NCBI GenBank assembly: GCA_951406725.2
Contig: OX597820.1
Location: 120,838,001-120,902,000, forward strand
Length of the DNA stretch: 64,000 nt
DNA from: Octopus vulgaris
Lineage: Eukaryota
Direction of reading: 5' to 3'
Shown: positions 12,461-24,560 of the stretch, piece by piece
Layout: each line of letters starts with the position of its first letter
Numbering within the stretch: position 1 is the stretch's first letter
Made by a program: the position numbers and the translations under genes
The notes under the pieces: generated by a model
Seen by the model: the letters and a program-made list of their open reading frames with translations, nothing else
What the model was told of the DNA's origin: nothing
The model's database searches: none

Positions 12461-13350
12461 GACATATTTTATCTGCCGTTATCACCCTCCTCATCAAATC
12501 CTCACCGAATTCGATATCTGCTGTATTGGGGTTTTCTTATCACCAACCAAGTCTACGCCACCTTGACACCCACATTATCAACCTACCTGCAAATTACTTC
12601 CTACCATTTCATAATCTATCAGTAACGACTCGGCTACTGTCAGAATTCTTTTTCTTATTAATATTATTACAATTTTTTATTGTTTTTGTTGTCTTTCATC
12701 GTATTCTATTTTCCGTTGAATCTATTCTCATTCTATTAAGTTTGGTTATATATTTTCCTCTGAAAATTTACCCATGATTGTGTACAGCCAGTCAGTTTAA
12801 AGTCAAGACGAATGTGTGACATGTTTTGTGTGTATATTCTGTGAGTATATGTGTGTGTGAGAGCAATGGTGTATCTCTGAGTACGGTTGATTTGACGTAA
12901 ACAGGAATGCTTTTGGACTCACTAAGATACATAAGACATGCATAAGAGAGAGAGAGAGAGAGAGAGAGAAAAAAGGAAAAAAAGAGAGAGACAGAAAAAA
13001 GGAAACTGTTGTCCCTTGCATTTGAAAACTAGAGAAATACTTTTAAAAACATTTCATTTAATTTTGCACAATTTAATTGTTTTTCTCTGATTTATACTAA
13101 GTTCAAAAAGTCGCAAAGACAGAAACGAGTACTAAAATGTTCTTCGTGATAAAATTGTTTAAGCATTTTCTATTTTGTCTTATTTTCCCTATATATATAT
13201 ATATATATATATCTAAATGTATATATTTGTCACTACCTGTCATAAATAGCCTTTTCTATCTGCAATATTTTACCCTTACATTTCCACGTGTATTTTATAT
13301 TTTCTTTTCGTAACATATTTCTACTATATATATATATATATATATATATA

Positions 13351-13625
13351 CGTTTAAATATTTGTTGTGCAAGATTTTTTATGTGAAGTCGTGTGTTGAA
13401 ACAGATATTGTTATATTTCGGAATGGTCATATTGCCAGTTTAGCCAATAAAAACACACGCACTATATATTTGGTGTTATTTTGCTTCAGTGATATTTATT
13501 TTTTACATTAATCTTAATCTTATTTCGGCCAAAGTTCTTTCGTCACACTCCTGTGACCGCATCAGTGGTCCTTTGTTTTCTTCTCACTTACTTGTGTCTC
13601 TCCTTACTAACCGTCAGCCATTTTG

Positions 13626-13626
<1 letters not shown>
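13351..13626 (-). mobile_element. Solo PLE pLTR-like remnant in (TA)n with a hammerhead variant (13527-13570)
   Basis: gacca-CTGATGC-g-gtcaca(ggag)tgtgac-GAAAG-aa-CTT-tggcc; shares sequence with 6776-6817 next to the PLE RT. Confidence 0.6.
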
Positions 13627-13659
<33 letters not shown>

Positions 13660-14251
13660 TACATGTATATCTATCACGTATAACGTATTGACATAAAGGT
13701 ATAAATTCTTCCAATAGTTTCTCACCATTGAGACACCTGATGTTTATTATCTGCCCTGTGTATTCTAACAAACTCTAGGCTCTGGCCACCTCGTTTGTCC
13801 TATTACTAAAGCATGTGCCCAAAGCCTGTATTTGATAGAAGGCAAAATGATATGCGGTTTTGAAGTAATTAACTGGAAATGAAAGTAATTATCCTAAAAA
13901 TTAAAAAGAAGCTACAGAAGGAGCCCAAAAACCTCTGTTTTTCAATCCAGTGTAGATAGGTCGCGCATCCGCCGTGAGGATGGCACTTGATATAGTAACA
14001 GAGCAATTGTAAATTAACAACATTTCTCACTAGCAGAATTAGAGGTAAGCAAAAGGAACAGCCATAAGAGTAATACGTGATGATGAAGAAGAATAAGAAA
14101 AGACAAATGCCATGAGGAATCGATAACAAATTACAAAGTTAAAACAATCGATACCATTAGAGAAAAACTGATCCGTTGTGAAGTAGAGTGAGTTATTGAT
14201 TTAATAATTCAGTCAAATAGATGATGGGTGAAGAAGGAGTGAGTAACGAAT

Positions 14252-14669
14252 AGGCGCGGGAGTGGCTGTGTGGTAAGTAGCTTGATTATGAACAATATGG
14301 TTCCGGGCTCAGTCCCACTGCGTGGCACCTTGGGCAAGTTTCTTCTACTATAGTCTCGGGCCGACTAAAGGCTTGTGAGTGGATTTGGTAAACGGAAACT
14401 GAAAGAAGACCGTCATATATATGTATATATATATGTGTGTGTGCGTGTGTTTGTGTGTCTGTCTTTGTCCCCCCCCCCAACATCGCTTGACAACCGATGC
14501 TAGTGTGTTTATGATCCCGTAAACTAGCGGTTCGGCAAAAGAGACCGATAGAATAAGTACTAGGCTTACAAAGAATAAGTCCTGTGGTCGATTTGCTCGA
14601 CTAAAGATGGTGCTCCAGCATGGCCACAGTCAAATGACTGAAACAAGTAAAAAAGAGAAAAAAAAGAGA
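14252..14669 (+). mobile_element. tRNA-derived SINE-C, full length
   Basis: A-box tggctgtgtgg, B-box-like ggctcagtccc, ccttgggcaag motif, internal (TA)/(TG) tract, tail gtgctccagcatggccacagtcaaatgactgaaac. Confidence 0.9.
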
Positions 14670-14687
14670 ATATGTTTGCACACACAC

Positions 14688-14743
<56 letters not shown>

Positions 14744-15143
14744 ATTTATCCACAATAATAACGCGACTTACGAAGGCAGCTTGTGATTAACCAATGATGC
14801 GCAAGGCAGGAGCTGTTTCAATGAGAAGCTGGTTTAAATACAACACACTCACCAACTCACAAATCATAGAAAAGCTCTCGGAGAACGGAGAAATATTGAT
14901 TAACCACTTCGTGATTTAGACGTCGCTAAAGATATGATTAAAAATATTCAATAACATTTTAAGAACCTTTTTTTTTTTGCTACAAACGACAGAAGAAAAC
15001 GTAAGCAAACGTATGACTAAAAGTAATAACAGAAAATATATATAACCCCATATAGCTATAAATAGACGTGTGAATGTGTGTATATATATATATATATTAT
15101 CATTTTCTCTCCTCCCCTCCCCTTCTCTCTCTCTCTCTCTCTC

Positions 15144-15195
<52 letters not shown>

Positions 15196-15786
15196 GTTTT
15201 GGGTCAATCTTAATTTACTATATCTATTTTCAATTATTTCATTATTCACCTACATTATATATTTTTTCATACATCCCGCCATTTCTTTTCACTTAATTGG
15301 TTTATTTGTTGACTTCTTTCTCTCTTTGCCCTCCTTCATTTATGATTTCAGTCAATCAATTCGAGTGCATATTTATTGGCTTTCCTTGTATCATTTTTAT
15401 TAATTCTGATTTTCATTTGTTGTACTAAGGTCTTCACATTAAGAAGCTCAAGCTGCACCCGTCTCAATAATTCTACTAGGAGCTTCGCTACGTTTGGCAA
15501 AGGATGGTACGTGCTGTTGTGCGAGGGACCAGACTCCACACATCACTCATCTTTATTCAGCTTGCATTATACATCTACACTGCAAACCAAGTAGCAATCG
15601 AAGCAGACTCATCCAACTGGAAGTCTTATAGTTATTCCCTCTTCTTTTCCGATCTTACAGTTAATAAATGTTGATATCTCACCCTTCCAAGTATTTCCAC
15701 CCCCACTCCAATACACTCTTACACACACACACAACCCATTCCTTTATTAACGCTTTCAAACACCACATTCCTTAGTGAAATTCATT

Positions 15787-15895
15787 TCTTTACTTGTTTC
15801 AGCCATTTGACTGTGGCCATACTGGAGCGCCGCCTTTAGTCGAATCAAATAGACCCCAAGACTTAGTCTTTGTAAGCCCAGTACTTATTGTATCA
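15787..15895 (-). mobile_element. SINE-C 3' fragment
   Basis: tttacttgtttcagccatttgactgtggccat matches the SINE-C tail. Confidence 0.8.
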
Positions 15896-16934
15896 GAATA
15901 ATCCTTTTTCTTCAAACCCAGCTGGAATTGCAATGTTATAACATTAAATCTTTGGTTTCAACGATAAACATTTTTAGCTGATGAGTATCCATACATATGT
16001 AAAGCAATTCGCAAGACGACAATTTCACCGATTTTTCAAGACTGTGAAACCACTTTGAGAGCAGCGTTATAGCCCCTTTTAACGAATAGCAGAGTATCTA
16101 TAACTTCGAAGCTAATGCCGTCGCGAACACACAAATGTACAGATTACTCCAGATGTTGATTTATCTACCTTTCGATTTAAAGAGAATGTCAGCCGCATTT
16201 TCAGATGTATGTATTTGAACTGCGTTGAACGCGTGCATGAAATACAACTTCAATAATATTACAGCGTTTTATGGAGAATTGGCGTTTCTTGGCATTTTTC
16301 CGAAAAGTTGTATTTGAGGATAGTTGGATGACTCACGGTTAATATTGAATAATATTCTACATTTTCTACGCAACTATAAAGACGCTGACAAATTATTTAC
16401 ATTCGCTCTGACATAGTCATCAGAAATATTTGAAACGGGACAAGTGATACTGAGAAATATTAGCTTCTTTATCGTATATAGAGTTTGGACTGCAAAGGTA
16501 CAACGAAATGGATTTCAGGGGTCCCGGTTCAAATTTTAACTTCTACCAGTGCATCTGATGGATATCTTTGCTTGATAGTTTCCGTTTTCTCATGTAGTTC
16601 AATGATGTTACACTTCGGGGAGACAATTACCATATTCTCTAGCGAAAGAAAAATGAAATGCTCCTCCATCTTTCACTGCTAGTCTTTAACTAGAATATAT
16701 GGCTTAAAAAATGATGAAGTGTGTGTACAATTTATATGTAAGAGGGAGCATTTAGTCTCTTTATATATATTCCGGCCGAGTGATGAATGAGCTGATGCGT
16801 ATGCCACACATATATATCGATCACTATAATGGGTTACTGCCGTTTCGAAACATTAAATGATTTAATATATTAAGTATAATTACGTGGAAATACATACATG
16901 CATATATATATATATATAAATATAAATATATATA

Positions 16935-17312
16935 TCTCTTATTATAAAAGGCAGATTTTATCTGCCTCCCTTTGGGAGTTATACAAATCTACAATATAGG
17001 ATTTCTTCAATTACAATTTACCTAGCAATTTTAAGAGTACAATGCATCGCGTCATGCCAGCTCCAGTTTTTAAAATTTAAACTCCAATTAAGCAAAATTT
17101 ACAGAAAACTCACATTCTGGTGTGTGTGTCAAATGCTTTTCTTAGTCTGGTTTACACCACACGCAAACGCACACAAACAGTGGGCAGCGAATAAAATGAA
17201 AGTAATTTACTTACTGTAGTGAGTGATTCTTTCACTCTGCCTCCCACTTCCTCTTTCAACACAGACACGCAAATATATAAATAAAATTGTAAGCTAACGT
17301 GCGTGTGTGTGA

Positions 17313-17347
<35 letters not shown>

Positions 17348-17440
17348 TGAGGGTGCGCGCGCGTGTGTGTGTGTGTGTGTGTGTGCGTGTGCGTGAGTGT
17401 GTGACAGGAAAGTTTTTTACGACGAATATAAGTAGCAGAA
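16935..17440 (+). mobile_element. Possible Helitron-like 5' fragment
   Basis: Begins a|TCTCTTATTATAAAAG like the Helitron at 18903; no 3' CTAG end seen. Confidence 0.35.
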
Positions 17441-18135
17441 AGATAAGACAGTAAGGTGTGATTTGAGGGAGATTTGGCTGCTATTTCTACCATGTCTAGC
17501 TGCCATGTAGGGGTCTCCCTCATAGGCTCATACATACATATATACATAGATAAGACAGTAAGGTGTGATTTGGGGGAAATTTGGCTGCTATTTCTACCAG
17601 GTCTAGCTGCCATGTAGGGGTCTCCCTCATAGGCTCATACATACATATATACATAGATAAGACAGTAAGGGGTGATTTGGGGGAAATTTGGCTGCTATTT
17701 CTACCAGGTCTAGCTGCCATGTAGGGGTCTCCCTCATAGGCTCATACATACATATATACATAGATAAGACAGTAAGGTGTGATTTGGGGGAAATTTGGCT
17801 GCTATTTCTACCAGGTCTAGCTGCCATGTAGGGGTCTCCCTCATAGGCTCATACATACATATATACATAGATAAGACAGTAAGGTGTGATTTGGGGGAAA
17901 TTTGGCTGCTATTTCTACCAGGTCTAGCTGCCATGTAGGGGTCTCCCTCATAGGCTCATACATACATATATACATAGATAAGACAGTAAGGTGTGATTTG
18001 GGGGAAATTTGGCTGCTATTTCTACCAGGCCTAGCTACCATGTAGAGGTCCCCCTCATTGGCTCATATATATATACATACATAAGACAGTAAGGTGTGAT
18101 TTGAGGGAGATTTGGCTGCTGTTTCTACCAGGTCT
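17441..18135. repeat. 107-bp tandem array, ~6.5 units
   Basis: agataagacagtaaggtgtg starts at 17441, 17548, 17655, 17762, 17869, 17976 and about 18080. Confidence 0.97.
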
Positions 18136-18202
18136 GTTAGGCCTTCTCATGTAAACTCAAGCTTTCTTATGCCTTGAACATAAGACCAAAGCAGAGAATG
18201 TA

Positions 18203-18400
18203 TTCTTTTATTCTTCTGCTTTTTCCAGCCATTGGTCTGTGGCCATGCTGGGGCAATGCCTTGAAGAATTGTAGTTTAATGAATCAACTCCAGTTTTATT
18301 TTTGTAAGCATTGTACTTATTCTATCTGTTTCCACTAGGTGACAGGGATGTAAACAAACCAACATTCGTTGTCAAGCAGTGGTGGAGGACAATCACAAGC
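18203..18400 (-). mobile_element. Degenerate SINE-C-related copy
   Basis: ctgtggccatgctggggca...gttgtcaagc similarity. Confidence 0.6.
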
Positions 18401-18465
18401 ACAGACACGCACACACACACACATACATGCATACATACATATATATATATGTGTGTATATATATA

Positions 18466-18790
18466 TTGCAGCGTGGAAGGTGTTTGTAAGCCATTTAAGA
18501 AACACACAAAAACCGTTACATTCACTTCAACATTTAAATTTCATTTGCCAAAATATTTTCGTCGCTTTGAGACCGCGACCTGTTCACTGACAAAAATATC
18601 GTGCTAACAGGTCGCGGTCTCAAAGCGACGAAAATATTTTGACAAATTAAATTTAAATGTTGAAGTGAATCTAACGGTTTTTGTGTGTTTCTTAAATGGC
18701 TTATAAACACCTTCAACGCTGCAACTGTTTTCGTTCCAGCACACGATCTCAGATCAAGTCACATGCTATGCAAGTACATCTCTGTAACTA
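18466..18790. mobile_element. PLE-type inverted pLTR pair with a hammerhead-like variant
   Basis: 18466-18584 is inverted relative to 18606-18724; right arm carries an extension; (TA)n flanks. Confidence 0.65.
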
Positions 18791-18797
18791 TTTATAC

Positions 18798-18839
<42 letters not shown>

Positions 18840-18902
18840 TGTTAAAAACAGTAAGATAACAAAAGAAAGAAAGAGACCTCAATATTATGTAAATAGAGGA
18901 AA

Positions 18903-19297
18903 TCTTTATATATAAAAGTGAGGTTGTGTGTCTGTCTCCTACGATTTAGATTCCTAACTACTCCCACATTTTGCGGTGCAGTTTAACCAAAAGCGGGTAT
19001 CTTATAGTCGTGATTCATATCGAGACCGTCTGGGTATTAGCGCGCGTCTACGATGAGTCTACGATTTAAAAAAAAAATTACCATCAATTTTTCCCATTTT
19101 TAATCCATTTTTGACATATATAAGGGAAGTAACTCTCTAAAATTTATTATTAAATCTCAGAACGTAAAAAGCTACAGTAACACCCCTCCCCCTTTGTGGT
19201 TAGCCATATTGAGATGGCTATTATACTTTACATCTCTAAAAATGCTTATATAATTATTTCCCTTACAAACCCGAGCAACGCCGGGCGATACTGCTAG
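18903..19297 (+). mobile_element. Non-autonomous Helitron
   Basis: 5' TC, 3' CTAG, A|T insertion, subterminal hairpin cccgagcaacgccggg; second copy at 45092. Confidence 0.88.
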
Positions 19298-19378
19298 TAT
19301 ATATATATATATATATATACTACTAATATAGGATGAAGATTTTTACAGAAAAAATTTCATCAAAAAATGTGGCAGCAT

Positions 19379-19565
19379 GCCAATATGCTGATAACAGACT
19401 TTTAAATCGTCAATTTCCACATATTCACTCGCTACAGAAAATACGTTTAAAATCCTGTTGGCTAGCTTTCCTCGATTTCAGCTCTACGTATTTTCTGTAG
19501 CGAGTAAATAATATGTGGAAATTGACGATTTAAAAGTCTGTTATCAGCTTATCAGCACATTGGCG
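19379..19565. repeat. Inverted repeat, ~65-bp arms
   Basis: gctgataacagacttttaaatcgtcaatttccacatatt...ctcgctacagaaaatacgt versus its reverse complement. Confidence 0.85.
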
Positions 19566-19769
19566 TTTGCCTTTGTCTTGGATAACACCGGATATGGGAT
19601 GGTGTGGAGATGGGAGGTTGGTATGGATGGGCGACTGCTGGTCTTCCATAAACAACATTGATTGAACTTGTGCCACGAAGAGGAAATTTCTAGGTACAAT
19701 TCCCCGGTAATTCATCACCCAAGATGGTTTCTACCCTTTCCCATTTTATATAATTGCATATATATATAT

Positions 19770-19804
<35 letters not shown>

Positions 19805-19813
19805 AATATATAG

Positions 19814-19849
<36 letters not shown>

Positions 19850-19850
<1 letters not shown>

Positions 19851-20033
19851 CGCCATGATAGATCGTTAGCCACTACACATTCCTTTCTCTCCTTGTTTCT
19901 CTCCTTGTTTTTGCTGTGTCCCTTTCTGTAGAAGAGCGTAGGCTCGAAACGTAAAAGACTTTTTCTATTCCTAATACATCTGTTTGTTTTGTACACCACC
20001 TGTCTTCGTCTTTTGTTTTTTTTCGTAAACTTT

Positions 20034-20036
<3 letters not shown>
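19850..20036 (+). mobile_element. Solo PLE pLTR-like remnant with a hammerhead variant (19922-19957)
   Basis: cttt-CTGTAGA-a-gagc(gtag)gctc-GAAAC-GTA-aaag, lying between microsatellites. Confidence 0.6.
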
Positions 20037-20087
<51 letters not shown>

Positions 20088-20096
20088 GTGTATGTA

Positions 20097-20134
<38 letters not shown>

Positions 20135-20154
20135 TACATACATACATATATACA

Positions 20155-20191
<37 letters not shown>

Positions 20192-20232
20192 TAAGATAGA
20201 TAGATAGATGGATGGATGGATATATAGATATG

Positions 20233-20325
<93 letters not shown>

Positions 20326-20365
20326 AATGATAGATAGATAGATAGATATAATGATAGATAGATAA
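20037..20365. repeat. (TA)n and (GATA)n microsatellites
   Basis: Direct observation. Similar tracts at 20860-21028, 24150-24600, 25130-25425, 40740-41080, 41960-42240, 47420-47860, 48330-48990, 51750-51990, 55445-55740, 59850-60050 and 61180-62400. Confidence 0.95.
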
Positions 20366-20855
20366 AGCCATAAGTATTTTGCATGTTTGAATGTTCGTGG
20401 GAATGCGCGTCTTGGACACTAGAATGACAATATTCCACATAATGTTGTGAGCATTTATAGAGCCATGTGGAGGACAGAAGAGTTGTAGTGGTGAGGTGAT
20501 TGGTGTAAAGTTTCTAACGTACTTTCTAAAGAATGGGCGAGAGAAAGTACGAGAACGTAAGACATTGCTAAGTGTAAAACAATGATGAATCATTGAATGT
20601 GTGTGAAATTGAAAGCCAGGATGTTACGGCATTGCAGCTTGTCAAGTATTTGCATGTAAGAGGTGCGAAGCAGGATTCATTTATTTATATGTGGAATGTG
20701 TGTGTGTGTGCTTATGTGTTCTTATCTACACCTATATAAGAGGATTCCGACTTTGATTAGAATCTGGAGAGATTGATTAGTTGATTGGATAATTGGCATT
20801 GGAGAACGCTTCTACAATTTACCAAACGTGAAAATCCAGTAACTAATTAATATGA

Positions 20856-20917
<62 letters not shown>

Positions 20918-20918
20918 G

Positions 20919-20950
<32 letters not shown>

Positions 20951-20968
20951 TGTATGTATATATATCTA

Positions 20969-21031
<63 letters not shown>

Positions 21032-22202
21032 TGTTGTTTCTCAATTTTGAACAGGAAAGCTTTGCATCTTAATTTCATATATTTCTGAAAAAGAAATATT
21101 TACGATGGAATGCGATTAGAAATATTAAACTTAATCTTTATATCAACATATTGTTAGATGCTAATAAGTTGTTTTTGTTTGCTTCTTATTATTGTCACTA
21201 GCAAAGAAAACCAAATATTTAAATATTAATTATTTTAAAAATAAATATTAATAACGCAGTGAATTTATATCGTGTTATTAAATCACCATTTTTGTTTGTT
21301 TTTTTAAATAAAATATTGCTCAAAATTGTGCTTTTTCTCAATTTAACAATATGTTTGACTTCAGAGGTATATACACGATCTGAAATTAAATTTCAAAATT
21401 CTACAAGTCTTGACCTTGTCTACACGCCAATTGTAACAAAAAGAATTTTAACGATACTAATAATGTTCATCCTGTGAAAATGCTGATAATTAGGATAAAA
21501 AACAATCACTTATTTGGTTAAATGGATTTCTAATATTGAGATGATATCATATATTTTTGGTGGGTGTAGAGCATAAAATATCATATACCTCTGCATATGA
21601 GTCTGAGGCTGTATCTCATCAATGGATTCCGTAGCTATTGTAAAATATAAGCGCTCTTTCACAAGACAGTATATGTATTTTTGGTGTTCTCTTTGTTCTT
21701 TGGTAAACTTTGATATAAAAATTATATGTACAAAACTGTTACTCTTGCATTCATCCGATTTGTTGTTTGTTGGACATATCGCCCCTAGAATTTGATTACA
21801 CAAGCCGTTACATTGACAAACAAGGAAGATTTATCTGCTATTTTACTTAAGCCGAATTATCACATAACATCTACTTTATGTCTATGATGTAGTTCTGATA
21901 TAAATATTACATTCATTTTGATATATACCACCGGAAGTGTATATCACTATTTCTGTGTAAGAATTGATTAATAACTTCTTCTGCGACACTGTTCGATATA
22001 TCAGACGTGAAAAACATGTACGACAAATATACTTGTTTTTCTTATTGCCAGATTTTTGTTCAGTTTTTCTCGCTTTCATTGAGTTCTTCACTTCACGGTT
22101 ATTGTCCATGATTTATTACATCTAATCCAGAGGCTTCAAAACAGCCTCTTCCTTCATTCTTGATACATATCTTTGGGAACTTATCTGTAATAAAATGGGT
22201 GT

Positions 22203-22652
22203 TAAAGTGATAGTATATTGTTATCTTAATGCGACAGTCCCATGAAATGGTTGAACGCTACTGTTATTTAGCTCTTGGAAACACCGTTTCCTGTTGGACT
22301 TGACACTTTTCCTGTGTCCTTATATTTTCAAAGTGTAGACAAGCATCTCCACCCAGAAAAGTCAGCATCCAGAAACTAGTTTCAGAATCATTGTTCATCA
22401 TCAGTGTGGTGTAGCATAACGTGATAGCTATTGATACCTACTCCAGTCTGATTATGAGCAATGATACAGAAACTAGTCTCTGGATGCTGGCTTTGCTGGG
22501 TGGAGGTGCTTGTCTCCACTTTGAAAACATAAGGACACTGGAAATGTGTCAAGTCCAACATGAAACGGTGTTTCTTAGGGCTAAATAACAGAAGCATCAT
22601 TCTGCCCTTTCATGGCACTGCCATATCAAGATGACAACATACTATCACTTTA
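22203..22652. mobile_element. ~450-bp imperfect foldback with a hammerhead motif in each arm (inverted PLE pLTR pair)
   Basis: Arms of ~210 bp; plus 22442-22484 tccagt-CTGATTA...GAAACTAGTC-tctgga; minus 22368-22409 ccaca-CTGATGA...GAAACTAGTT-tctgga. Confidence 0.75.
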
Positions 22653-22899
22653 TCGTGCTGCTACTGCATAAATCTCACTGAGAGATTTAGAAAAATAAAA
22701 TGGATGTTGCCTGATAATTTCCAGTCACATATTTTCGTTACTGCATATAAACAGAAATATGCTAGAACATGTAGGATCGTAGAATATGCTAGAACATGTA
22801 GGAGAGCGGTTGAAGCAGTGGCCCCAACATAATTATCTGATCGATGATCCGAAACAATATATTTCAGAATGTCCACAATGGATTCCTAGGTTGCAACAA

Positions 22900-23700
22900 A
22901 TGTACTCTCAGCAACACTTAATAAATTTTATTTTGTTTGTGCGTTCCGCTTCTATCTCTTGATGACTGTGGTCATCGTTGGAACGTCCATTTGGCTTTCC
23001 TCGTTTGCACAATAGCTACAAAAAGAAATATTGCATTAAACATACAAAAACGTATTCAGACAGGACGCTGGGCTTTCTAAAGTTATACTGTTGTATCATA
23101 ATATGATCCGTGTTTAATACGGAGACGAACAAAACAACAACTCACTCTCGATGGAAAAGCTTGATTAGAAGGCTCCACGCTATTCAAACTTCATCAAGAA
23201 ATGTCCTGCTCAAAACGGGTAGGGAAGAGAATCTTCTTTGTTATTCCTCCCGCGTGTTTGAAGTAATTATGTATAATACTTCTGTATCACCTTGTTATCC
23301 CAGAAGATAGAATACGGATGCCTCTAGAGACCAATTTCTTGGAGAAAATAAATACATTACATTCAAAGATAAAATGTTTTGATACCGGTAGAGGAAAGGG
23401 ATGATATCGTATTTTTTTATGTTGGAGCGTGCGATATCTGATGTATTTCCGAGGCGAGAATAGGTTCGAGAAATGCGTAATACTCAAGCGTTAATACATG
23501 GGAAATCAACAGCAAGTGATACACACATAAAATGAAATAATCGGAAAGCTATCAATTTCTGGGGTAAAATAGCCAGGAGACAGTTTATTTTAGTATCTGT
23601 AAGAGGAACAGTTGAGATATGTAAGTCATTTATAATGTTCCATGTATAACAATTAAAAGTTTGTAACACGAGATCCAGTGATGGAGCGTTGATTCTGTGT
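22900..23700 (-). mobile_element. Highly degenerate PLE RT/endonuclease remnant
   Basis: HFIFECNVFIF resembles the PLE (L)ILENNxFxF motif; weak signal. Confidence 0.3.
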
Positions 23701-24330
23701 TACGACAGAGCACCTTCCTCATATGAACACTTGAAAGAACTTTACCTGTACATTCGTAATTTAAAGGAAAAGGTGTACAATCATACATAGTACGATTGAA
23801 TAACTCAATACAAATGTAGTATACGAAAATAAAATATCTAAATATGTAAAGGAATATGAAAATGTTCTCGCAAGCATTCAGCTATAGAGAAAACAAAAAA
23901 AAAAAACACTAACTAGAAAACTTTGGTGGAAGTTTCACAGAAATTTCAACGATATTATCAAATGAAACAACAACAGATGTATAAAACAATAAGGAATATA
24001 AAAAAGCAAAACACTCGCATCCACCTTTGTGAACATGTCTTTGAATATATTTTGCATTCATTGAGTTTTTCATCAGCAGTTTTTTGTCAGATTATATATT
24101 ATAAAGCACCACATACGCAATTTCACACAGACACACGACACACATACATTGATCATATGTATATACGTATAGATACACACAGGAACGTACACATATATAT
24201 GTGTATGTATGTATGTATATATATACATATACATACATACTTATATATACATATATATATATTTATATATGTATGTGTATATATAAATATACATATACAT
24301 ATATATATATCTATATATATATACATATGC

Positions 24331-24416
<86 letters not shown>

Positions 24417-24505
24417 GCAGAAATATATATAAATGCAAATTTGCGTACGCTCATAAAAATGTGTATCTTATACATATATACGCATAGGTATATATACATA
24501 TATAT

Positions 24506-24560
<55 letters not shown>

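Noticed and set aside
11433-12625. Asp/Gly- or Met-rich ORFs, superficially like biomineral or reflectin proteins
   Set aside because: Products of (GAT)/(GGT) slippage with no recognisable domain or repeat motif of those families
17441-18135. CRISPR-like periodicity (also 5424-6100 and 57410-57808)
   Set aside because: Contiguous tandem units with no unique spacers, no cas genes and a eukaryotic context
21510-22109. Weak GIY-YIG-like peptide hints (other LINE-like hints at 15350-15690 and 45500-46450)
   Set aside because: Too degenerate to support without a profile search
22930-23030. Possible minus-strand splice acceptor and host exon
   Set aside because: No recognisable protein or partner exon; better explained as a degenerate PLE remnant
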